Below are positions 25,501 through 38,100 of a stretch of DNA of 64,000 nucleotides, piece by piece. A program made the translations under genes and the position numbers. Every line of letters begins with the position of its first letter. Within the stretch, counting starts at the first letter, position 1. Under the pieces are notes generated by a model. That model did no database searches. It saw nothing but the letters and a program-made list of their open reading frames with translations, and was not told where the DNA came from. Source of the stretch: Lama glama (Eukaryota); assembly GCA_028534125.1 (NCBI GenBank), contig JAPYYK010000093.1:992001-1056000 (forward strand), written 5' to 3'.

Positions 25501-26198
25501 CTACTTTGGGCCAGTCTCAGCCTTGGTGAGAGAGGAGAGGGAGAAAGGGGCAGTCTGGGGTTTGGTGGGGTCCTGCCATAGGTGAGAGGGCCTCAGCCCT
25601 CCAGCTGCCCTGTGTCCCTTGCCTCCTGAATGCACAGGCTAGGCCACGGGCAAGGAGGAGCTGGGGCCAGGGCTCTGAGTTCCACTATCAGCTTGGCTAC
25701 CCTCCCACGGAGCCTTGGTCTTCCCACCTGTGCAGTGGCAGGGGGAGGCCAGAAGACTTCCAAGTTAAAATGCCGCAAAACACGTCCTGGTAAACAGTGC
25801 CGTTCCAGCTGTCTCAAGGGGCTTCCTACCCCTTAAGCAGCTAGCTCTCTTGGGAGGCTTATTCTGAAGGAGAAGAGCTTTCTGTAAAACGAGTCATCGC
25901 CCCACTCTCCGGGATGGGCCACTTGCAGCAGGGGCTGTCCAGATCTGGGGGCTGCCCGCTCACGGGAGCAGGGAGTTTCTCCAGGAAGCATGAGTCTGTG
26001 CACCACCCTGGGTCCCAGCCATGCCCTGGCCTAAGGGACTCTCTCCCACAAGGCAGGTGGCTGGTACCCTGTATCCCTCTAATGTAGGAGGAAACGCCTG
26101 CTCCCTCTCTGAATATGACTCCCAGGAAGATAAAAACTGGAGAAAAACAACCGCGGTTGGGCTCTGTCCCAAGCTGATGGCAGCCTTTTATCACGTAT

Positions 26199-26330
26199 NN
26201 NNNNNNNNNNNNNNNNNNNNNNNNNNNNNNNNNNNNNNNNNNNNNNNNNNNNNNNNNNNNNNNNNNNNNNNNNNNNNNNNNNNNNNNNNNNNNNNNNNNN
26301 NNNNNNNNNNNNNNNNNNNNNNNNNNNNNN
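26199..26330. other. Assembly gap (132 N), intronic
   Basis: Run of N in the sequence. Confidence 1.
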
Positions 26331-26370
26331 ATGCAGACAGAATCCTCCCCTCCCTCCTCACCGGGCTTTA

Positions 26371-26622
<252 letters not shown>

Positions 26623-28192
26623 TCAGGGTGATCTTTAGCCAGACTTCCTCCCTCCCTCTTTCATCTAGATTGAGGCAGGAGAAGCCAGGCCCATCTCATT
26701 AAAAAGACCCTGTTCTCGGCCACCAACAATGTGGGCCAAATATGGAGAAGACTAAGCTGGCTAAGAAGTAACTTGGCAGAGTGGAAACTGAGGCAGGTGT
26801 TCAACCAAGGGTGTGGATAACCAAGTGCCACAGAAAGCCCAGGGGCAGGAACTTCTGAGCATACTTCCTGTGCCCAGCCCAGGATGAGCCCACAGGACAG
26901 GCCCCCTTGAGGTTGTTCAGGGAGAAGGCCCCTCCGCTTAGGCCCCAAGGAGCTGCACAGAGGCCAACCTTCCTGGTTATAGAGCACAGACAGTCTGAGG
27001 GATGAAGGCTGCATGGAGGAGGCAGCCCTGAAGCTGGTTTTTAATGAACAGGTAGGACCTAGGCCCATGGAGAAGGGCAGCAGAGTTGGGTAGAAGGATG
27101 GGACGTTAGATGGAGTTCCAGTCTGGAGCCAGTGAAAGCTATTTCTCAGGTTCTATTTGAGAAAATCTTACCTTGGATCGGGATAAAACAAGGAAGCAGT
27201 TTTAGTCTACACAAAGGAATCTTCTCTGCAGAAGGCTTTTCTCCCCTCAAGGGAAAAAAGGAAGCCAAGGCCAAAAATAAAGCAAGAGTTCAGAAGGTGA
27301 GTCTACTGTGGCTTCACTTGTATCCAAAATCAAAGGCTAACTGTATGGGTTGGCGTTACTCAGCCAGAGGAAGGACCTGATGCAGCAGCTGGACCCTCAG
27401 GTCTCCTCTGCCCAGTCTCAGGAGGAAACAGCCTAGGGGATCATGCTCTAGGAATGCGGCGAAGGGAGCTGTAGATTCTGCTCTGACGGGGGCTGGCACG
27501 TGCATTGTGTGTGTGTATGTGTGTATGTGAGGCTGCCTCAGTTTACATTTCATCCACCTGATCCCGATCACCTCTGAGATCCAGTCCTCCCTGGGCAGGA
27601 AATTTGGAGAGAACATCTCGCAAGCCTGTCCACTGGAAGGGCAAGTAGGTCCAGCAATTGGGTTACCTCTGCTCCTTTCTCCAGTGCCCAGCCAATGGCT
27701 TCTTTGCCTTAAAATGCTGGCATTAGAGGGCCCAACCTATTGAAACTATGGCTGCTACTTCACAGAAGACCCAACAGCATCAGGCAGCCCCGGCCTGAGG
27801 CCTGGCACATTGTGTCTCCCCAAAATCCTTGGTGAATGAACAAATGAATGAATGAATCCCAGTGCAGCAACTGCACAGCCTTGAGCAAGATACTTAATCT
27901 CTCTAGGGCTCCTCATTTGTAAAATGGGTAACAGCATCCATCTCACAGGCTGGGTGAGGATTAAATGAGATGCTTCTTACTAGGACCTACTGGCTTGAGG
28001 TCGGCACTCAGTCATTCTTATGGCAATTCAGATTACAGTTTTGAAGGAAACAAGGAGACCTGTCTGACTAGAGCACAGTGGGTTTGCGGGGACCACGGGA
28101 GAAGAGGCTGAGAAGAGCAGTCTGGGCCGGGGGGCAGAGGTCCTGAATGCTGACCAAGGACCCTGGATTCCATCTTGTGGATGCTGGGACTA

Positions 28193-28381
<189 letters not shown>

Positions 28382-28798
28382 TCAGGCAGCCTAGAGGACT
28401 CCACCCTATCATCCCTCCTGGGAAAGCACGAGCCTGTAACAGCACTCTTGCCACCTAGAACCCCCATCCCATACCCTGACTCGGACCAGCCTAGGTTCCT
28501 CTGGGGATGCCTGCAGTTCACCTGGACCTTTCTGCAGGCCTGGGCTACCTCTCCCCAGCTCAGCTGCTGGTTGGCATCAAGAGGCCTTGAAGCCTCCATC
28601 CCAAGGCCATAGAGTCTACCTCCGACAAGGTGTCATAGACTCACAGAACCCCCTGGGAGATGGACACTCTGTCCCACCCTCTCCTGTTCAGCTGGGGAAA
28701 CTGAGACACAGAGAGGAGCAGAGCCTTGCCCAGCATCATACAGAAACTCTGTATGATCCATCCCAGCCCAAATCCCTGGTCCAGCTGCACGCACATAC

Positions 28799-28863
28799 CT
28801 CTCTCAGTGAAAGCCTGGTCACCACGCTCCTGAATCCTGCTGAACAACTCACCACCTTCCATG
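28799..28863 (-). CDS. MAPKAPK3: MAPKAPK3 coding exon 3 (MEGGELFSRIQERGDQAFTER)
   Basis: AG/GT boundaries, 65 nt. Confidence 0.97.
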
Positions 28864-29944
28864 CTATAAGACAAGGTGACTGTAAGCAGGGAGAGGGAGA
28901 ATCAGGCGTCAACCCACCCCTGCCCCGAATCACAGGCCCAGGCCTCAAGCCCTGCTGCTCTTCCCCTGGGGAAAGGTCACTCTCAGCCTCCCTGTGCCTT
29001 GTAGAGCCTGCTGTGTGGTGGGCTGTTAGCTTGGGTGGGTTGAACTGAACTCTTAGAACTAGGGGAGGATGGTGGGCTCAGATCTTCACCAGGGAGTCCC
29101 TGTGTTCCCAGTGGCACAGTCCCTACCTGGTAGCCCCACACTTATCCAAGTTTCCCCAAATGAGGATGTCAACTATCATCATCATGACCATTGTTCTCTG
29201 AGCATCTCCTGTGGGCTGTGCCCTGGGCAAACCATTCATGTGTGCTGCTGTGTGATCCTGGGCTGGTCCCTTCACCTCTCTGTGCCTCAGCTTCTTAGTT
29301 TGTAAAACAGGGATTATAGCACCAACCTCACAGAGTAGTGGAGATTGAATCAGCAATACACTGGAACACTTAGAATGAACAGGGTGAATGCTACATTAAG
29401 ATCTTCCTCCACATTTCATGTGGGAGTTACAGTGATTCAGAGAGGTTAGCAACTGCCCAAGGCCACACAGCTAGTGGGCAGCAGAGCCAGGATCTGAACC
29501 CCAAATCTGACTCAAGAGCTGCTACCCTGTGGGGTGAGGGGGAACTTGAAAGGAAGACAGAGGGGAGCTGGAGGCCAAGACAAAGGGCCCAGGGTCTGAG
29601 AAAGGTCAGGACTGAGCCACAGCACTAGTGGAGAAGCCTGAGGTGGAGGAGTCCGCTGGCTCCAGCACCAGGTGGGACCACGGGAGCACACATCCAGGTG
29701 GGAAGGAGAAAGCTGAGGGGACCATGTACGTCCTGCTCTTCCCCAAATCTACCCCAACCCGTGTTCAGGGCTTGGAGGCCTTCTCTGACAGCTCTTCCAC
29801 CTTCTCCTCGCAAAGCAGAAATCACAGCGAGGGAGGACATATTAGAGCCCTTTGACTTCCTTCCCACCCTTGTAGGATGCCCTGTGGCCAGCTGCACAGG
29901 TTCCCCCCCGCCCCCAGGGGCTGCGGTGTCTCCTGAGGCTGCTA

Positions 29945-30313
<369 letters not shown>

Positions 30314-32859
30314 TCAGCCTATGAAGGGCAAAATGAGGGCTCAAATTCAGGTTTTCCTGATTCGTGGTCCAATGAGCACCTGGATTTGATTGAGGTTAGC
30401 TTCAAGCAGCCCGGCTGGTAGCTTGGGAAGGCCTGGGAGGTGGCTGAAAGCATGGATGGGCTCAAGACCACAGAAGCTCCTGTCTCCCTTCCCAGGGGCA
30501 GCAAGGAAGTGGAAATTGAGTAGGTTTTGTAGTCAAATCACATATTAGCTGTGAGACCCCAGGCCAGGGGCCACATATCCCTGAGCTTGATTTTCACAGT
30601 GGGATGGCACAAGAATGTAAACCCAGAGATAGAGTCTGGGGGCACGGAGGACCCTACTTGAAGGAGGTGACAGATGGCCTGGTGGCGTGGGGTCCGGGCC
30701 TGGGGCTAAATTCCTCCAATGACTCAGTGTGACCTCAGGCAATCACAGCTCCAAGCCATAGTCCACAACTCTGTAAAATGGAGTAATGACAGAGTCAGCC
30801 CCACAGGATGCATCACAGCAAGGTAGGCAGCAGGTGGGTGGGCGGGCGGCAGGATCCTTGTTCAGGTTAACTCAGCCCTGGGCTCTGGCTGCCAACCTTA
30901 AGGCCAATCACCGGAAATGAGCAAGATCCTGAAGTGGGCAGAGAAGTCAGCATGCAGAGGGAGATGGCCCAGAGTAGGGAGAGCAGGGATGAGCCATCCC
31001 CTAGTAGGGCTGCTCACATTTGTTTCCTAGTGGAGCAGGGCTGAGGACCAGATAAGCTCAGATCAGGTCCATCTTGCTCAGCACCCACAGGACCCTGGGC
31101 CACTACTGGTCTTGGTTTCCTCCCCTACAGAATGGTGCTTCCTGCCAGGGCACTGTGTGGGGCAGGCTCTGGGACCAAGCTCTCTAGGCAAAGACCAACT
31201 GGGGTAGAGAGGAAGGCGGTGGGTTCTCGCATCTGCTGGCCCGCGGCTGCTCCATCTCCGAGCTATTCACCTTGACTCTGGCCTGGAGTGCAAGGAGCTG
31301 GGCCAGCCCCTCCACTCCGGGGTCCCTGCTCCACTCCCTAGACCAGGACGGGCTGTGCATGGAGGCGGCTGTAAGGAGACACTCCCAGCCTGGAAACCAT
31401 GGATCCCTTGCGAATGCTGCCTCTGCCTCCCAGAACACCCCTCTGTTCTGCGCCCACACAGCTCCCAAGCCCCAGCTTCTTACTTAACAGTGCTGGGGGT
31501 AGAGGCTCGGTCATCCCCAATCACCACACCAGTTCACCCACATTGTGTCCTGAGGTGGCTTTAGCCAGGGGGACCTCAGACTTTAGCCACAGGGTCAAAG
31601 ATGTGCCATCCTCCCTCCCTATTCTGTCCTCTCTGCACCCCTTCTCTGCTTGCCTCCTAACACTTCTCCCTGGCCCCTCTTCCCTAGTCTGACCTGACTG
31701 TGTCCTACCAGGGCCCCCAGGCTGGCTCCTGGACCCCCTCCTCACTCTGCCCTGCTTCTGGTACCCAATCCCTATACCAGGGTACTCTCTCTTCTCTCAT
31801 AAGACCCCAAGCCCACAACTGGAACACTTTCAGTGGGTTCCTCAGCCCCACCTCTCTCTCTCTCTGGCCCTTCTCTACCTTTAAATCCCTACCCTTGGTC
31901 CTCCAAATAAAGGCCACCTCCTCCCTTGGCATCCAGGCCTTGCCTTCATCTCCCTGCTCATTCCTCTGACCCCAGAACACTTTGGGTTCTGGTCAGAATG
32001 ATGTACATGCTGGTCCCAAACAGGCCTCACTCTCTGCTTATGCCATGTGAACTCTCACTTCATCTCCTTCGCCTTTGGGCCAACTTTCTCCCTTTGAGGA
32101 ACCTTCTGGGCTCAGTTCAGATGTCTTGTCCTCTGGAAAATTCTCCAGCAGTTCCCTCAATGGTTTTTGCCTCTGTACCTCCCACCAGACTGGAAGCAGC
32201 TTGAAGGCAGAAGTAGGTCAGGTTAACCTGGAAGTCCCTGGCTGGAGCCTAGCAGAAAACATTGGGCTTCTGAACAAACAAAGGATGGGAAGAGGGGTAT
32301 GATAAGAGGGGAGGGAGGATGGAGGTGGATGGTCAAGGAGAGGCCAGAGAGCCTCATGGCCCGGGCCTGCACCCTGTGCTTTGCTGAGGTGGAGGAGCAG
32401 GTGGAACTGCCCTGAGTTGGAGCCTCTCAATGTCTCCCATCCTACTCAGTCCATATTTAGGAACCAATTTCCCACACAGATTAAAATAGTCCTTCCCTGA
32501 GTGCCAAGGCCACTAGAACAGGCACAGGGGCAGGGAGGAAGCTGCCTCCTGAAAACACAATGAGTGCCCTCGGGCCTCTCTGCAGGGGAGATTACAGGGG
32601 CCAGAGCTCTGCAGTGGCCTCAACCAGGGCCAGCTGCCAACAAGTTTCCTGGGCTGTCACTCTGGATCCCTCGAGTTGACCTTGAGTATAGCCCCAGACC
32701 TCTTAGAGCCTCAATGTTCTCATCTTTCTTCCCCACAGCCAGGGCCTTCACCTCTTCCAGGAGTTCCCTCCAACGTCACCTCCTCTCAGAAGCCCTCCCT
32801 GACTTCCCTGTCTAAAGAGGACCTAAAGGATCCCTGATTCTCCCTTCATCCTTTATTTT

Positions 32860-33040
32860 TCTTTCTATAGATGCTTGGTTATTGAGGTATACTTCACATA
32901 CAGTGAAGTGAGTGTACTTTACATTCATACAGGCCTCAAGTCCATTTCAGTGAATTTTGATGACTGCACACACCCTATGACCCACAGCCCTGGACAGAAA
33001 ATGCTGCCAGCTCCCCAGAAAGCTCCCATCATCGCTCTTT
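32860..33040 (-). mobile_element. Old L1 3'-end fragment
   Basis: ttattgaggtatacttcacatacagtgaagtg... and cagtgaattttgatgactgcacacacc are typical of the reverse complement of an L1M 3' terminus. Confidence 0.6.
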
Positions 33041-34974
33041 TTACCTCCCTCCTGTGCAGCACTTTCTCACCACCTACACTTAGTGCATTCCTTTGACAAC
33101 TCCTTAAACAAATACATACTATAGATATTGTACTTCCAATGTGACTGGCTCTGTTCTGAGCACTTTACAAATATTATAAGGAAGAGACTATTACCACCAC
33201 TCTTTAGCAGAGAAATTGAGGCACAGAGAGGGAAAGTAATGGCCCCAGATCACACAGCTGTTTTCCAGTAAGGCTGGCACCATGCTGCCTACTGCATCAG
33301 ACTGTGGGCCCACAAGGGCAGGGCCAGTCTGCCTGGTCACCACTGGGTCCCAGTATTGGCCAGAACACTGACTCAGATAATATTTGTAGATTTAATGAAC
33401 AAATCAGTAGAGTGGGGGTACGAGAAAGAAATTCTCACAACCACGAGGACAGAATAAGATTAAATTGAGGAGGCCCCAGGAAGGCTCAACAAATGGGATA
33501 CATGACAACCTGGCCAAACTTGCTCCCCAGTGTACCTCACCCACCCTCTCTGGTGAACCAGACTTTACCTCCTCTTCCAAGGAGCCCATCCTGACTGCTC
33601 CAGCTCACAAGGCCATTATTACAAGATGGCTTCATTCATGCAGGTGTACATGAGTCCTCACCATCCTTCATAAAAGATGTCCCCAAGCACAGGTTCCACC
33701 TTCCTAGGCATAGGAATGAGCACAGGGCTAGGAGACGGGAGGCCACGAGGTTCTACTATTCTGTGTGACCTTGGGCTGGTCCTTTGCCTTTCTGTGCCTC
33801 TCTCTCCCCAGTGTTAAGTGGCAAGGCTTGGGCTAGACCAGGGGGATGGGAACCACAAGGAGGACCTCTGGTCAGAGCTCCTTGCAAAGTACCTACTGTA
33901 GCCCCACTCCCACATCACTGCCCCCATCGATTGGCCCCTGGGTCTCCACTGACCCTATATCCAAATGCCTGAACCTCATGGGGGCCACCTGGTGTCCTGG
34001 TCCTCAGTCACAGCTCTGGAGAAAAGAAGATGAGGTGGCCTTCTGACAACCCAACAGACCTACACCCTGGCCTCACTCCCATCCTATGTCCCCTGAGCAA
34101 CCCCCACAAGGGGTCCACCAAAGCTGGAGGGTCTGTGATGGCTCCTGGGCAGCTCCACAGCTCCAGCTAGTGCCCGACAGGCATCCCCGCACACCTGTGA
34201 GGCAGAACCTTGGCTCCCAGGTGTACTGGTGTCATGGGTCCCCACTGAAGTCAGACGAGTATCGAATCTGAGTCAACATTTCCTTAAACAAATGATACTA
34301 CACTAGCTTCAAGCTTTGATCAAATGCTTCCCACCCCATCCTTCTCCCCTCACTCTCCTTTGCCAAAGTCTCTTACCTACCCAAGAGCCTGCAGCCAGAC
34401 ACCTGAGACCCCTGCCAATCTGACCCGACAGTGGACCCAGCAAAGGCTGAGGGCAGAGCAGCCTGTGCCCCACAGACACCTGCCTACGCACCTCCAGCAT
34501 CACCAGCGGGAATGGGAGCCTCGGAACTGGCCAGGCCTCCTTACTACCTCCACGCTGTGTCCCTTCTCACCCGCGGACAGGGTTTACATGTAGGTGGAGG
34601 AATTCCTGAGTTCAGGAATTCAACAGCAGCATTTGACTGTTTGGAAAACAATGTGCAGTTTACAAGACACTCTCTTTTCCCTTATCTCATGGGAATGCTC
34701 AGAGCCACCCTGTGAGGCAAGCAGGGTGGGGATCATCAGCCCCAATTTAAAGATTGAGGGAAAAGAGGCTCCAGAGGATGAAGTCATTGCCCTGGGGCCG
34801 CCAGGCTGGAGAACGGTGAGGCTGGGACAGGGAGGAGAACAGAACTTTTGAGAGAGCATCCAGACAACCCCCCCAACCCCCGAGGGGAACTGAGAGGACA
34901 GTGTGGTCCCAAGTCGGAGGGCCCTGGCCAAAACTACAGCTTGCAAAACTCAGGCAACTTGTTCTGAAATAAAT

Positions 34975-35175
34975 GTGTGCATGGGTGTAGAGGTGTGCGC
35001 ATGAGCAGGGGTGTGTGTAGGTGTATGTAGGTGCATGTGTGTGCCCATGGAAACATGGGTACGTGCATACAGAAGCACCTGCATGTAAGGGGTGTGTGCA
35101 AGGGTGTGTATGGGTGTAGGCAGTTTGGGGACAAGGAATGTGTGTCAGTGTGTGGGCCGTGGGTATGTTTGTGTC
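34975..35175. repeat. Degenerate (TG)n low-complexity tract
   Basis: Interrupted tgtg/gcat alternating purine-pyrimidine sequence. Confidence 0.75.
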
Positions 35176-38100
35176 TCTATACTCTGTGATGTTGACTCTG
35201 AACCCCTCCAGACAGTAGGACCCATCCAACTATCCATTTATTTGTCCAAAATTTTCTATTTCTCTGAAGTGTCTACAGAGAACTAGGCACAAAGAGGTGC
35301 CCAAGAAAGACTGGGGGTTTTGCTAAAACAACTCAACCTCTGACAGCCTCGCCTGGGCAGGTGACCAAGCCCAGACCACTCTGCTCAGACCTCCACTCCC
35401 ACTGAGGCCCCACCTCCACGGCAGGGCCCATCGCCTCCCTTGCACAGAGCTGTAAAAGCACCCTGTCTGCCTTCCTAGAGCATCAAATGGAGCTGGGATG
35501 TCTACGGTGACTCTGTAAGACAGCCTTGGGACCAGCCCCCAACACTCCTCTTCAGCCACCTTCCCGGGCCCAAATGCACACACACATAGCCAGTGTCCAC
35601 ACCCAGCTCACTCCAGGGCAGGCTCTTCCCAAGTTAAGTGTTCACAGTATCTCTGTCTGTCTTACACACACACAGGAGGCCCCAAGGCCTGGGCCTGGAC
35701 AAGTAGCCTCCCCAACCCCACCCCAACCTCCATACTCCCAGCCAATTAACCTGCAGCCCAGGCCAAGCTGCTCTGTGGCCTCTGCCGGAACACCCACTCC
35801 TTCCAGGGGAGGAGAGCTGGCTTGTAATCTCTCCCATCAGTGAGGCAGCAGCAATTAAGAAATACGAATTTGATTTCATGACAACCCACAGCCTGATAGA
35901 CACCACCCCTATAGCAAAGGGAACCTCCTGGAAGCCACGGGTCCATTTCTTCTCACTGCCCTATGGGCCACCACAACTCACATTGTTTCCCCTTTCCTGG
36001 GCTTCCAGCTTTGTTCAGTGCCAGGCGGGAGCAGTGAAAAGGTGCATTGATGACCAGGCTGTTGATGACACCACAGCAAACACGCTCAGGGGCCCGAAGT
36101 AAACAGAATGTTACAGGAAAACATACGTTTGCATATTTGTAAAATATTTACAAATACATAGATTTGTAAAAATGACTCATTATTTTTTTCATGTGGAGAA
36201 CCCCAGTTCTCTACAGAGGGAGATCATGGATGAGAAGAGCACTTTGAACTGACAAAACTCCCTCCTCGTAAGAGTCTTCAACTCAGTCACATCTGGCATC
36301 CCTTCTGGCTCCCAGTTCTGTGATTAGTGAGGATAATTTTTCCATGTGTTGTAGCTCTAATCTTCTGAGAGACACCACTGGAAGAGCAGGATTCACTTTA
36401 CAGCCAGTTGTTGCGACCACCCTGCCTTTGTGATGTTAGCACCAGGGAGGTTCATTACTGCACTGCGCCCTGGCTCCTGGCCAGCTTGTGGGACCCTTGC
36501 TGGCTGCTTTGCCAACTTGGGGGATAGGCCATAGTTTCGTGAGGGGATGATGAAGACTGACCTCAAGTTCAGGGTTCTAAGCAGGAATTTCCTCCGTAGG
36601 GCCTCAGTATCTTCCTTTTAAAGCCAGAGCCATCCCCTCCTCACTGACTTCACCCTCTCCCTCCCCCCAAGGGCACCAGTGCTATCAGGAAATCTGCTGG
36701 CCACGTCAAATCTAACGTTTTAGCCACAGTTTCAAGTGAGAGCCTCAGACATGTGCCATTATTCTCTCACGCACTCATTTCCCCAGCTTTAGTAGCTCAG
36801 TAAGGGAACTAATGGAACCAATTTTGCTGCTACGGATTAGTTGGCCCCACGCGGGAAAAGACCTCGCTGCATTAACTTCTGGCCACATACAGTCCTCTGT
36901 CTTGGGGTTGGCTCACATTATACCACTGACCCCAAACGTCCAGGCCACAGCTGAAGGCCCAAGGCCTGATGCAGTGTGAGGACTGCCTTTATAACAACAG
37001 TCTCTCCCTGGGGCTCAGCTAGTGCTGCGTTGGCCACAGCGCTTGGCCACAGACACCACCTCAGTCATCACTCACTATATCCTGAGAAGAACCAGCATCA
37101 TCCTTTTCCTGTGGGGAGACTGACTCTAAGAGGTTAAGTAACTTGCCCAGTCACACCTCTGGGTAGTGAGAGTCAAAACTTGAATCCATACCTGTTAGCG
37201 CTAGCAGTGTGGACAATGCAAACGGCTGCTCTGCTCCTGTTGTACGTGGAGCTTGGCCCCAGGTCCCTGGGGCTAGACCAGGCTCTGCCACTTGGTAGTT
37301 ATTATGCTGGTGGCGGATGTTCACAGGGCCCCTGCTAGGTACTGGGCAATTACACCCCTTTCAACAATGGCATCACTGACCATCATTTTCAGCTGAGAAG
37401 ACTGAGACTCAGGGAAGTTGTATAGCTTTTCTGGGTCACAGGGTTCACCCGTGGCTATCTCCGAGTCTAGGAGTCCTTTGGGAACCAGGATTCAACTTTC
37501 ATGCCCAGAAAGGCCTGCCCGTTTTACAAATCTCCTCCCGATGCCTGCAAACATTTCCTGCCCTGCCGAGGGGTGGGTAGGCCTGAAGCTGCGGCTGGGA
37601 ATGCTGCCACAGGCACTCTGTCCTCAAGCATGTGTGGGTCTACGGATGAGTTACTGCCCATCAGGATGCTTGATGAGGATGTAAGCCCTAGGGAACTGGT
37701 CCTGGCTCCTTCTCTTTCATTCTCCTTTCTTTCCAGAGCCACAACCTGGCAAAGCAGGCAAGATGGGGAAGGCCAGCCCCTCTCAAGGGAGCCCAGGAAC
37801 AGAGAGGGCCCCCAAACAGCTGCTCCCATTCCAGGCCAAGGCTGGGTACCTGATGGTCAGAAGTGGGGGTGCAAGTAGCTGACTGACTGGGAGCCTCCCT
37901 CCTCACCTCCCACCATAGTCCTGGGAGGGGAGGGAGTAGCTGGGGCTCCAAGCTCAATGTCTTCCCAGGAAGCTCTGCGAACAGGAGGGCCAACACATAC
38001 TTGAAATTGTCAAGTCTCAAGAACACAAAACTCCTTCAATTTGCTAAATATTGGTGGTCTCAGTTTGTTTGCTTCCCACCAGCCCCAGAAAACCTGGAAA

